NCBI RefSeq assembly: GCF_001194135.2
Contig: NC_068987.1
Span: 74,779,957-74,843,739, forward strand
DNA length: 63,783 nucleotides
Reading direction: 5' to 3'
Source: Octopus bimaculoides
Taxonomy: Eukaryota
The notes under the pieces are model-generated. The model was not told the DNA's origin and ran no database searches. It was given only the letters and a program-made list of their open reading frames with translations. This document shows, one piece after another, positions 13,401 to 26,698 of this stretch; position 1 is the first letter of the stretch, and each line of letters opens with the position of its first letter. Position numbers and translations under genes: made by a program.

Positions 13401-16400
13401 ATGGCTTTCATTCTAGCTCTGTGTGCTCTGATAACCAAACTCCTACACATCTAAAGTCTCCAAGCACATTTTTTTCTGTGTGTCCCTACACCTACCTCTG
13501 CAAGTCACACACTAAGCACTTTGGGTTATCCTTCCTATCCAACATCAATCCTCTGGAATCCTACCCCATGTACCACAACTTAACTTTGTAGCCCTGTCAA
13601 TGTTTGCAGTGAACATCAATCATATTAATGTAACCCAGTGATTTTTGACTGGGTTCTACATGGCTTCTGCAAGTACATAGAAGATTTTGTTGTTAAAATT
13701 TATCTGCAAAAAATTGGCTACACTTCTACAAGACACAAAATATCTTAACAATTGCTTTTATACAATTCCTAAGAATATTTACTTATAAAAATATAATAGG
13801 GTTTTTTTTTCTTCTTAACATCAAATGACTAGAAGGGTCCACCTGAGTAAAATAGGAATCAAAGAGGTCCACAATAAAAAAATAGTTGAGAAACACTGAT
13901 TTAACCAATTTTGGATGATCTGCAAATCTTATGGGCACTGTCCCTTCTTGACTGAGCCATGGATTTTTTTTTGGGGGGGGGGAGTTGTTTTCTTGCATCT
14001 TTTTTCTTTTCCTTTTTCCTTTTGTTTACACTTTCCCTCATTGCACATGGTCCTTCACTCATTACCCTCTCTATTTTCTCTCTGTCCCCCTTTCATTATT
14101 CCTTTCATTTTTTTNNNNNNNNNNGAGTTGTTTTCTTGCATCTTTTTTCTTTTCCTTTTTCCTTTTGTTTACACTTTCCCTCATTGCACATGGTCCTTCA
14201 CTCATTACCCTCTCTATTTTCTCTCTGTCCCCCTTTCATTATTCCTTTCATTTTTTTCTCTCTTTTTCAACCAGGCTGGTATCAAAAGTGGCTACCTAGA
14301 AAAGCCATGTCTTAATCCAAAGGATCCGAAATGTCCCAGCTTAGCACCCAACAAACAATCAGGATTGGTAAGTTGTTTTCTTCTTCCTTCCTTAATTCTT
14401 TTTTTAATTTTTTTCAACTTCTTTTTTTCCTCTTAATTTTTTTACCTTTACATTTCCTTATTGTATTTACAGCCCCCAGACATTGGAGCTGAGCTCACAA
14501 ATGGCTGCACTGGCTTTGCTACGAAATACATGCACTGGCAGGAAGACTTGATTATAGGTGGCATTAGAAGAAACAAGACAAATCACATTGTTCGGTAAAT
14601 ATGCAATCCCCTTTTATTGGTGCTGATGATGGTGCTAGTGATACTGGTTGGTAGAAGTTGCTGCTGCTGCTTAGTTCCATGTTAGCCCTGATCAAGCAGA
14701 CCTTTGTTCAAAGACAGTTAAGGCCATTGGATATAGTTTGGTAGGAGATTTAGACTACTATTTGCAATAGATAGAGCAACCAAGTAAAGGTTTCCTGATT
14801 GGTACCTGATGATGCTTGTTGTTTAGCCCCAGGTCAATCCTGATTGAGCATATCCATGATTGTGGGCATTCTAACCATGACAACTTTATCTCTTTAGAGT
14901 CACATTGGATTACATTATCCAAAGTATCTTTTGGATTTTTGAAGTGGCTCATGACAGGATTTGAACTCAGTAGCATGTGTCTGAAGCATGACCACCATTT
15001 AGAGCGAAGTCACGATAAGCTTTTGACAAACTAAGAGTTACAGCTCTTGCGCAGGTATTATTCCAAGTTGGTGAGACAGTTAATTTCATTTACCTGCAAT
15101 TAGACAACATCTTGGAGAAAGGTGGTCACTAACAGGGTGCTCAAATTACAGGAAAATGAAATTCTTCACTGGCAAACTCATTAAGATATTTTCTTTTCAT
15201 TGTGAGTCAGTGTTCGCCTTCATATTCTTTTGTAGTCTACAGTTAGAGAGCTTCACCACACAATGTAACCTATTTTACTTAATATTTGGTACTCATTCTT
15301 TCATTACTGGTAAGAAAAATGGGAAAATATGTAGATGATAGTGTTTCCATTTACTAACTTTAGTTAGCATAAAAATACACCTAAGTACATAAACAATATC
15401 ACACACACTCGTGCATACATACATAGATGTCTCAATAGTAGCTTTAACTCTCTCAATGTTTTACTTTCATCTCTACCATTATAGAGCAGAGGCTCTACAG
15501 TCCATAATCCAGTTGATGGGTGAGAAAGATATGTTTGAATATTACCAAAATGTGAGGAAGGTACGCACCATTGACTGGACCATGAACAAGGCCAAAAGGA
15601 TCCTGGAAACGTGGCATCGCAAGTTCACAGCTGTAAGTACTTCATTCTTTTCGCAAGAGAGGGATTTTTGCAAAAATCTGGTCTTCCCATTGCACAATTT
15701 AGCCTAACTAAACATTTTCATCCAAAATTTAACCTGCTTAGCTCTTCTTTACATAGTTTTTGTCTACACTTTCGCTACTAACCTGCCTCATATTGCCTCT
15801 TTCTATGATACAAAACTTCTTGATTAAAATGTATTTAAATTAAAATTCTTCCATTATAATTTTTTGGAAGAACCTTTTCATAAGTTTCAAATTTCTGTAT
15901 AAAAAGAAAAATATTAGTCCTCAGTCAAACCGGCCAACCCATGCTAGCATGGAAAGCGGACGTTAAACAACGATGATGATGATGATGATAAATGCACCTC
16001 CAAATTATTGATTATTAAAAAAAGGAAAGCTATTGATGCGTAAGTAATGTTGGAAACAAATATAGGCATTGAAAAATTAAGTGATTCCATTTTGTAGTTT
16101 TATTGAGTATTCCTGTAGCTTCATATTCAGAGTAATTCCAGTAAAAAAAGGATATATTATTTTTATCATTTACTGGTATATTAAGCTAATATGTAGAAAA
16201 TAAGTTTCAGAAAAATAAAATTTTGTATTATATGATGGTAAGATTTTCCATTATGATTTAATGGTATTGAACAGGTTGGCACTTACAATATGACTGACCA
16301 TCCATAAAAACATCTCAGTTTTTTGGGCTGTCAATTAGATAGCAATTTAATTGTATGTGATGTTTTTGTTTAAACAGGAAGTGGACAACATATACAATGG

Positions 16401-17079
16401 CAAGCATCAGCAACACATTCATGTATTCTCATCAACATCTCTGGCTGATATCATGGAAAAGTTTTCTAGTGTCAGTGTTGTACGCATTGCTTTGGGGTAC
16501 ATTGTAATGGTGAGTATATCTCTTCTGATTCATCCTTTCCTCTTTTTTTTTTTTTTTTTTTGGGGTGTGTTTGTTCCAACTCTCTATGCTCTGAGTTCAA
16601 ATCCTATAGAAATTAACATAACCTTTCATCCTACAGGATCAATAAAAAATTCAGGATGGTGGGGTAGTAAAAAAGGATATATATATATCAGGAGTAGCTG
16701 TGTGGTAAGAAGCTTGCTTCCCAACCACATGGTTCTGGGTTCAGTCTCACTGCATGGCGCCTTGGGCAAGTGTCTTCTACTATAATCTTGGGCCGACCAA
16801 AGCCTTGTGAGTGGATTTGGTTGATGAAAGAAGCCCATCGTATATATGTGTATATATATCTAGGTATGTGTTTCTTTTTGTGTCTGTGTTTGTCCCCACC
16901 ATCACCACTTAACAACCAGTGTTGGTGTGCTTACATCCACATAACTTAGCTGTTCAGCAAAATAGACTGATAGAGTAAGTACTAGGCTTACAAAGAATAA
17001 GTCCGAGTCGATTTGTTCAACTAAAGGGTGATACTGCAGCATGACCACAGCCAAATAACTGAAAATATATATATGCATG

Positions 17080-17130
<51 letters not shown>

Positions 17131-18731
17131 TATAAATATATATCTATATAAGAAGTCATCTGTGGAAGGGGGAGAATTCATTATAATTGTTATTTTTGTT
17201 TTAATTTCAGTTGCTATATGCCTGCATATCTTTGTTGAAGTGCAATGATGCTGTTAACTCTCAATGTGTTATTGGTATTGCTGGTGTATTGCTTGTTGGT
17301 CTTTCTGTAGCAGCTGGTCTTGGCTTATGTTCTGTGTTGGGCATCAAGTTTAATGCGTCCACAACACAAGTAAGTAGCAATTTTGTTTCATTTGTTTTTC
17401 CTTACCTCATTTTATGTATGAAAACATTTATTTAGATATTTCTTTAGTCTCAAAATTAAAAGCAGAGTTTTGTGGTGAAATTTTACTGGTTTATGTCAGC
17501 ATAAATCATTTGGTAGAGTTTAAAAACTTGGATGAGTCCATGTGTTGAGGCAAGATGGAAGGACAGATATTTATATAATACTTAATGAACTTATTGTATA
17601 GAATGCTTAGGTGCACTACAACTCATCAGAAAAGTAACCAAAACTGCATAAACAGTACATAGAATATGCACAGGAAGTGAACAGTGAAAAAGTCTTTCAA
17701 AAAACAAAAAAGAAGAACGAAGAAACAGGAGTGGAGAACAGGTGTACTGTTGGCAAATTTCTGGAAGCATGGAAGCTCCTTGTCTAAGAGAGAATTTATA
17801 TACTGTAAAATATACTCACACCTCCCAATTCATAAATATATAATGTGAAACACTTATTTATTGATTTTTTTTTTCTTTCAGATTGTTCCATTTCTAGCTT
17901 TGGGTCTTGGAGTTGATGATATGTTCCTCATAGCTCACACCTATGCTGAAAATAGCAATAACATTCCTTTTATGGTATGTATTTATGTATCTTTCTATAT
18001 ATATAAATGACTTTGTTTCACATCTGTTCTTCCATGCAAATATGGCTCAGTTGGGGAGCATTTAAGGCAGCATTTTTACCCCTTGGTGCTCTTTTTGTTA
18101 CCAATGTATTCCTGTTTTTCATTTAAGAGATTCATTATTCGAGAGGAATTCAAATGTGCAAAGCTGGCGTATAATCTATTGATGAGAAATGTCAATAAAT
18201 ATCACCGTAGTCTGTAGTCACAGCTCAGTGTAGTCTGTAAGCATTCACTCAAGACTTATACATGCATGCACACATGCGCATACACACACACATATATATA
18301 TACATATGTGTATGTATGTGTCTATGTACAATGGACTATTTAACCATGTTACCAATGGAAACATGGTAGATTTAAAAAATACTTTGTTAATTAATCAGAA
18401 GAATACTACAAATGAGTAAGCAGTTTCTTTGTATGCTAAATTTTATTTTTATATCTATTCATGCTGCCAGAGATGCTCGTAAGTATTTCTTTCCTCTCTT
18501 CCTTTTCACTCATTACACACCCTCTTCATGTTCAAATGGTTGGACTTTTTTTTTTTGGTGTTCTTTAGTTTCATATATTTTTGTATTCTTTTTGCTGGTA
18601 TTTATTTTGTTCTCTATTTATCAAATGGCTAGGTCCATCTTGATGGACAAATAAATGTCACAAGATAATTTTCTTCAACATACCCATTTACCCATGATCC
18701 CTAGCCAATACATACATGCACATACACACAC

Positions 18732-18768
<37 letters not shown>

Positions 18769-18802
18769 CATACATTTTCATACATTTTCATAAACATTTA
18801 CT

Positions 18803-18833
<31 letters not shown>

Positions 18834-19254
18834 ATTAAGGGCATTACTATACATAAATGCCTCACACTAGACGGGACTCTAAAAGTCAAAACTACCATAA
18901 TAAGCACAAACGTGAGGCATTTATGTATAGTAATGCCCTTAATATAAATAAATATATTTATAGGGAATAATTGATGGATTTTTCACTTATGAGNNNNNNN
19001 NNNNNNNNNNNNNNNNNNNNNNNNNNNNNNNNNNNNNNNNNNNNNNNNNNNNNNNNNNNNNNNNNNNNNNNNNNNNNNNNNNNNNNNNNNNNNNNNNNNN
19101 NNNNNNNNNNNNNNNNNNNNNNNNNNNNNNNNNNNNNNNNNNNNNNNNNNNNNNNNNNNNNNNNNNNNNNNNNNNNNNNNNNNNNNNNNNNNNNNNNNNN
19201 NNNNNNNNNNNNNNNNNNNNNNNNNNNNNNNNNNNNNNNNNNNNNNNNNNNNNN

Positions 19255-19301
<47 letters not shown>

Positions 19302-20216
19302 GTATGTATATTAATATATTGAATCTCACTAATCTGTATACATTGATAGATTTCTCATGAAATTCCTTGCTTGGGACACATGAAACCTTAGCTGAGTAGG
19401 TATAACTGGTTTCCATCAATGCAGATTTTCAACATTAGTCTTTTTAACATCATAATCATCATTATCATAATAGAATTATCCATCTTCCCACAATAAATCA
19501 TATGTCACATTCATTGCATCTTTTTTTCTTCCCTTATTTCAGGAGCGGACTGGGGAATGCTTGAAAAGGACTGGTGTTAGCGTTTTACTCACCTCTGTCA
19601 CCAACATCATGGGTTTTCTGGCTGCTGCTATTATCCCTATACCAGCATTAAGGGCTTTTTCTCTTCAGGTCAGTACATATAATATATAATCATCATAATC
19701 ATCAGCAGCAGCAGACATCTTTGTTTCGTTCTTCTATGCTAGCATGGACTGAAAGTGTCTTGTTCACCAGTTTCATTACACTTCATACAACCACTTGTAA
19801 TCACTTTTCTGAGATTCAACATCTTGAAATATATGTATATGTATATATAAATATACAAGTATATTATTAATAGATAATAATATTAGTGGCAATTCAAAGT
19901 GTGAACCATGCAGGCAAGTTTTAAAAAATATGATGGAACTAGAAAAGTACCAGCTTTGCTAGAGGTGGGAATCAAATGAACTCCGAAGCTGCAGAAAGCT
20001 CACTTAAAAACAAGCATGGTGAAATTGGGTGGTGAATAAACATTTAAGCTCTTACCTTTGTGAAGGCTGCAGAGCAAATGGTAGATAACTTAATACCAGT
20101 TTTGGGCTTTGAATTAAACAATACTTGTCCTGTTTTCAGTTAAATTTACCATGAAAAAAGCTAAATTTAAAGATGTTCGCCTCACCATGCTTGTGTGTTC
20201 GTATACACATACACAC

Positions 20217-20264
<48 letters not shown>

Positions 20265-20644
20265 CATAATTATCATTTAACATCTTTGTTCCATGTCGAC
20301 ATGGGTTGAACAGTTTGACAGGGTTCAACTTCTGTAAATATATAACTGCAAAAACACACACAAAAACATGAAGTGTATTGTAGTTCCCTCTATCATTTGT
20401 TGGCCCAGGACTCTAGTAGAAAACGTTTATCCATAATGTCATGTATTGGAACTGAAATTACATGGCTACTAAGCGAACTTAATCACAGCCATGCCTGCTC
20501 CTCTGTGTGTGTGTGTGTGTAATACTAGAAGTTTCTTTGCATGTTTCAGTTTACCTTAGTGTAAGAGTGAGTGTCTCTACATGAGAGATATAGGGAATGG
20601 ATGATATCAGTAATAGTGGGGGAGGGGGGAATGTTGTGTGTGTA

Positions 20645-20690
<46 letters not shown>

Positions 20691-20717
20691 TACCTATATA
20701 TAAATTTTATATATAGA

Positions 20718-20804
<87 letters not shown>

Positions 20805-21447
20805 GTGTGTGTGTGTGGAGAGAGAGAGAGATTCTTCTAGAATTTATATATATGCATACATATATATGTATGTATGTAAAATTCTAGACACATCTCTACA
20901 TGTTCTTGTTTATTCTTGTGTAAGAGTGGGTGTTTCTTGGTGAGAGAGATGTGTTAGGTTGGTGGCTGTAACAGAGGGTAGAGGTGGGGACAGAGAATAT
21001 ATGTGCAGATGTTGTATGGGGTGGGGATAGAGCAGGGAGGGTGTCCACAGGGCTTAGTGGATTAAGAAGTGAAAGCAGGGCCACCCACCACCACACTTTG
21101 ATGGTGATGATGATGAGGAGGATGATGATGGTGGTGGAGGTGGTGGTGGTGGTGGTGTTCTGCCTGCTGTTTCAACTGTCTCAAATGTTTTAACACTATC
21201 AACCCATACATCAATTTCCTATCACTCAATAACACCATCATCACCACCACCAATGCTTTTTCTTACATCATCATCATCATCAACAACAATAACAGTATCG
21301 TTCTGCTGCTCCTTCTCAATCTTTCTGGCTCTTGTTTTGTTGGCCTTTTTTTTTTTATTCTTAAGTCATATTTGGGTCAGGATAGTTTTCTTCACCAGTA
21401 TACCATCACAAGCACCACCATCACCACCACACTTTCTTCTACTACTT

Positions 21448-21492
<45 letters not shown>

Positions 21493-23388
21493 TTTGTGGT
21501 GGTGACAACTTACTACCACTGTAGTATTACTGCTACAACTGTCACCACCATCAATACTACTACTACTACCACCACCACCACTACTATTTCTAACAACAAC
21601 TAAGACCACAGCAACTATTAAGAAATGGAGAACTCTATCAACCAAATTTCCCTTAAAACGTTTTCCAATGTCTTGGAATAAAGTAAGAAACATTGGATAC
21701 TATAGATGTAGAGTCCATGGTCATGGCTGGAATTTCTTTTGACCATAAGTCTTAATCAATCAAGGCTGACTTGTTACTAGCCAAAAGTGATGACCACCAC
21801 CCCTACTGCTATTATATGCTTCCACCATTACATTTGCACTACCTTCAACAGTACCAACCTGTTTTCACTTTCTCTAGCACCACCAACACCACTTTTGCCT
21901 CCATCTATTTACACTGCCCAAACCGTAATAATATCTGATTCTAGTTTAGACACAAGGCTACCTATTTTTGTTGGGGGTGGGTTAGTTGATTAGATGGACT
22001 TCGGTATTCACCTTGCACTTCATTGCATCGCCCACCCCAATATTTGATGCTGACTGGTAATAAAAACACAATTTTGGCTAGGAAAAAAGTCACAATTACT
22101 TTATGTGATCTGCCAGAAAAAATACTGGTTTCAAATTTTGGCACAAGGCCAGCAATTTCAGGGAAGAAGTAAGTCGATTACATTGACCCCAGTACTCAAA
22201 TGATACTTATTTTATCAATCTGGAAAGAATGAAAGCTAAAGTCAGCCTGAACAATTTTGACGGGGAACTCAGAGCATAAAGAGGGATAAAATGTTGCTAA
22301 GCATTTTGCTCCAGGTGCTAATAATTCTGCTGACTCACTGCCTTAAGGCCAGAAGAAATATACTGAAAGCCATTTTGTCTGGTGCTTTGATGATCTGTTG
22401 TTAGTTCACCAACTTAACAGCCACACTAATGTTACAATTGATCCACATATTACTACTGACACTAATTGTAATAGTACCACCCACACCAATACTTCTAGAT
22501 ACCTAGATGCAACTTGACAATCATTTAGCACTTACACATAATGTGCCACCTGTTTGTATACACATGTAGTATTTATTCTACTTATCTGTCAGTCACCTTA
22601 CATCATCACTATTAAGTTTCATTCTTCATTGTTATACACCACTTGTCAGTACTTAATGTAGTGTGACATCAATAAGAACTTATTTATTGTATTATACCTG
22701 TTGATATTTACATGTAGTGTTCTGCCTGTAAGGGTACATGATTGTAACGTTCCACCTGTCAGGTGCATACATATAGTATTCCATCTGTCTGTTACCTTTC
22801 ATCATTTCTGGGGATGACTGTTTTGTGAGGGAAGGACTGGGAAAAGTTGTTAGTGTGAGGTATGAGAAATATATTAGCTTATTGTCACTTCTTGTTAACA
22901 AATAACCAAGAACTTTGGCAATGTGCTATGCTTGAGAGGACCCATCAAGCCGAGTGCACCCATGCTGGTGGCACGTAAAGAACATCTTTTGAACGTTGGG
23001 CCTCACGGAAGCAAAGTGGCTGAGTTCCTTTTGAGCATTGGGCCTCACAAAGGCAAAGCGGCTGAGTTCCTTTTGAGTGTTGGGCTTCACAGAGGTTAGG
23101 TGGCTGAGTTCCATTACACTCTTGGAGTGGTTGGCATTAGGATGGGCATCCAGCCATAGAAAACCATGTCAAATCAGACTGGTGTCTGGTGCAACCTTCC
23201 AGCATACCAGCCAAGTCAAACCATCCAACCCATGCCAGCATGGGCAATGGATGTTAAATGATGATGATGTGAAAGTACACAAAAAACACTAATGTGCAAA
23301 CATGTTCATATATGCATGCTCATGCTATTCTCATACACTCTAATAATTACATATATAGACACACAACACACTCTCACCCTCTCTCTTC

Positions 23389-23420
<32 letters not shown>

Positions 23421-26400
23421 TACTTGTTGCACACTTGTATACACACTCATACATCCAGATCTACACATATACATGTAATATTTATGAATGAAAGATTTTA
23501 TTTTTGAAATAAATTCTCCAGATTTATCCTTCATATTCCACATGTCTGTGGAATAACATTAAGGAGTTAAAAAAGGGAATGGAAATAATGATTTCATGTA
23601 ACTTTGTGTGTGTGTGTGTGTGACTATTTTATGGGATTTTTTTTTCTCTTCCCAGTGACTTTTCCTAGATCCTTAAAAGCCAAGCTCTTTCCTCTCCTTT
23701 TGTGTCAGCCAATCATCCCTTCATCTCATTCCCATCTACCATGGTTGTGGAAAAGGCCTATTTTTCTCCCCCAGCATTGACTGTCACTAGGTCCCTTCTG
23801 ACTTTGATGGCTTGTAGGTCAACAGAAGCCCCTATTTTCTTTCTTTTCATTCATTTCACTTTCTGCCGTTCTTTCTCTCTCTCTCTCCCCCCTCTCTCTC
23901 TCTCTTACACCTGCAGCTATTTTTTTTATTCACTTACCTATTTATCTTGTGATTCTCTCAATCTATATATCTTTCTATCCACCTATCTATATCAATCTAT
24001 CTACCTATCTATATCTATTTGTGACTCACCCCCACCTATCTTAAAAGAATTTGTCTCTCCTCCTTACAGAAGAAGAACAATTAGATTAAGTGTCCTGAGC
24101 TTAGGTGGGATGAGACACAATAAGGATGATGAAAAGAGGAAATGGTTAGATAGACAGATAGCTGTACAGATAGACCGACAGACAGACTGGCAAGTAGGTA
24201 GGAAAATAGATAGAATTTGGGAGGGAAAGGTGGGTAGAAGGTATTTCTTGATTTCTTTTCCATCTTTTCTTGCCTCTCTCTTTCTCTCTTCATATCTATC
24301 TGTCTGTCTGCCTCCCTTTACTTCTCTTTCTCTTGCTATGGCTGTTATTTCCCATGATGCTCTGCAGTTTTGTTTATACAAGTCTCTGAAAGAGGACAGC
24401 CTGTGTGATACTGTAGGGGTTGTATGGCAAAGAGGCCTGGGAGCAGTAGTAATCTACCCTCACCTCCTACCCCTCTTAACTCTTAAAGTACTCCCACCAC
24501 TATTCAGGTTACTACTGTTCTACACCACCACTGCCACTGCCCTCACCCTTATTTTACCACCACCCTCTCCTCTTCCTTTTGCCCCCAAACCTATCTCAGG
24601 ATATACTTTTAGCCCTGCTGCTGCTGTGACACTCTTATCACCACTATAGTTACTGTTGTTGTTGTTGTTACTACTACTACTACCACCACCAATACCACTA
24701 GCATTTGTTGTTTGTTGTGGTGGTGATAGTAGTAATTGTTTTGCTTGTTCCCCCTATTTGGTTCTTACTACTACTACTACTACTACTACCACCTCCACCA
24801 CTACTACTACTACTACTACTACCACCTCCACCACTACTACTACTACCACTACTACGACTAAGCATAGTTGTCCAGCTCTACTCCAAATTTGTCTTTTAAT
24901 TCTATAGTAGTGTATTAATTGTGTTGTAATAGTAACACTATTAACTACAGTAGTGGCTGTGGTGGTGGCGATGGTGTCCCCCCTCCCTTCTTATTTTTCA
25001 GCAACAGTAGTAACGTGGTCTATCTCTCATACACATGCACACGCACACACACACACACACACATATATGCCACTAGCTGAGGATGAGGGCCACCACTGCA
25101 CCACAGAGCCTCTATTGCCACATCAGTTACATCATTAAGCCCACCTTTTTAACAATGGGAATTCATTTGTGGTGGGTAGTTTCTCCAGAATACCCATTAC
25201 ACCACTTGTTGCAGTCCCTTCACCACTTCTTTGCATGTGGAAGCATGTGGCTTAGTGGTTAGGGTGTTGGACTCATGATCATAAGATTGTGGTTTCAATT
25301 CCTGGGCCAGGTGGCATTGTGTTCTTGAGTGACACATTTCATTTCATGCTGCTCCAGTCCATTCAGCTGTCAAAAATAAGTAATCCTGCAACAGACTGGT
25401 GTCCCCTTCAGGTGGGGAATATATACACCATGAGGCCATGAAACAGACTCTTATGAGTTGGTATGACTCGAGAAGGTAGCTTTGCTTTTTTTTTTCTTTT
25501 TTTTTTTTTGTATTCTTAACTGGTCTGGTCTTCTTTCACAACTTCCTTCCTCTTGGACTGCTTGATTTTCTTTAACCCCTTTGGTACCAACCTGTCTAAG
25601 ACTACCTCTTGTTCTATAATACAAACTTGGCTCCCTTGTCTCATTTACCAGTGGATTTAATGATACACTCTCAGAGTGGTTGGCGTTAGGGAGGGCATCC
25701 AGCTGTAGAAACTCTGCCAGATCAGATTGGAGCCTGGTGCAGCCTTCTGGCTTGCCAGTCCTCAGTCAAATCATCCAACCCATGCTAGCATGGAAAGCGG
25801 ACGTTAAACAATGATGATGATGATGATGATTAACCCCTTAGCATTTAAACCAGCCATATCTGGCCAGAAGTTTCTCCCTTCTTTCTGTTCAAACCAGCCA
25901 TATCTGGTCTCTCACACCTACCCTACAATGTCAATCTAAAAATGAACAACCACATCATCAAAATCTCACAGCTTTTAGATGATTAATACAAAACAATTGA
26001 ATAACTAAGCCTTACATTTCACAGAATAATCTGAATGCTAAAGGGTTACCAATGCTGTAGTGATGGCTCTCAATTTTTACCCATAGTGTGCTTGTGGTAA
26101 CTCTGGATTTCATTCTTTCCTGGTGATGTAACAGAGGTAGTTCTTCTATAGCAGCGTTGTAATGACATGACGAGTTGTGACCTTCATACTTTACTGGTTT
26201 TATAATGGTTCTCATTCCATATGAGTAGATTTTTTTTTTATCTACTGCTTGTTTCAGTCATTGGATTGCAGCCATGCTGAAGCACCACCTTGTAGGAGTT
26301 TTAGTCAAACAGACTGACCCCATTTTAAGTTTGGTATTTAATCTATCAATTTCTTTTGCTGAACTGCTAAGCTATGGTGACATAAACAAACCAACACCAG

Positions 26401-26661
26401 TTGTCAAGCAGTGTGGGTGGCAAACAAAGATGCCCCCCCCCACACACACACACACATATATAAACATATACGATGTGCTTCCACACAGTTTCCATCAATC
26501 AAATTGACGCACAAAGCATTGGTCAGCTTGGGACTATTCTAGAAGACACTTGCCCAAGATGCTACAAAGTGGGACAACCCGAAACCATGTGGTTTCCTGT
26601 ACTAAATCTTTTTAAAACTAATATGAAATGTGTATTCCTATCAAAATAGCAAGGAGTATAC

Positions 26662-26698
<37 letters not shown>

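Noticed and set aside
13982-14257. 133-bp exact direct duplication upstream of exon D
   Set aside because: The copies are identical and separated by a 10-N gap, so this is most likely an unmerged contig overlap.
17581-17660. Minus-strand CTGATGA followed by a stem (HHR-like)
   Set aside because: GAAA is replaced by AATA and stem I pairs poorly; at best a dead repeat relic.
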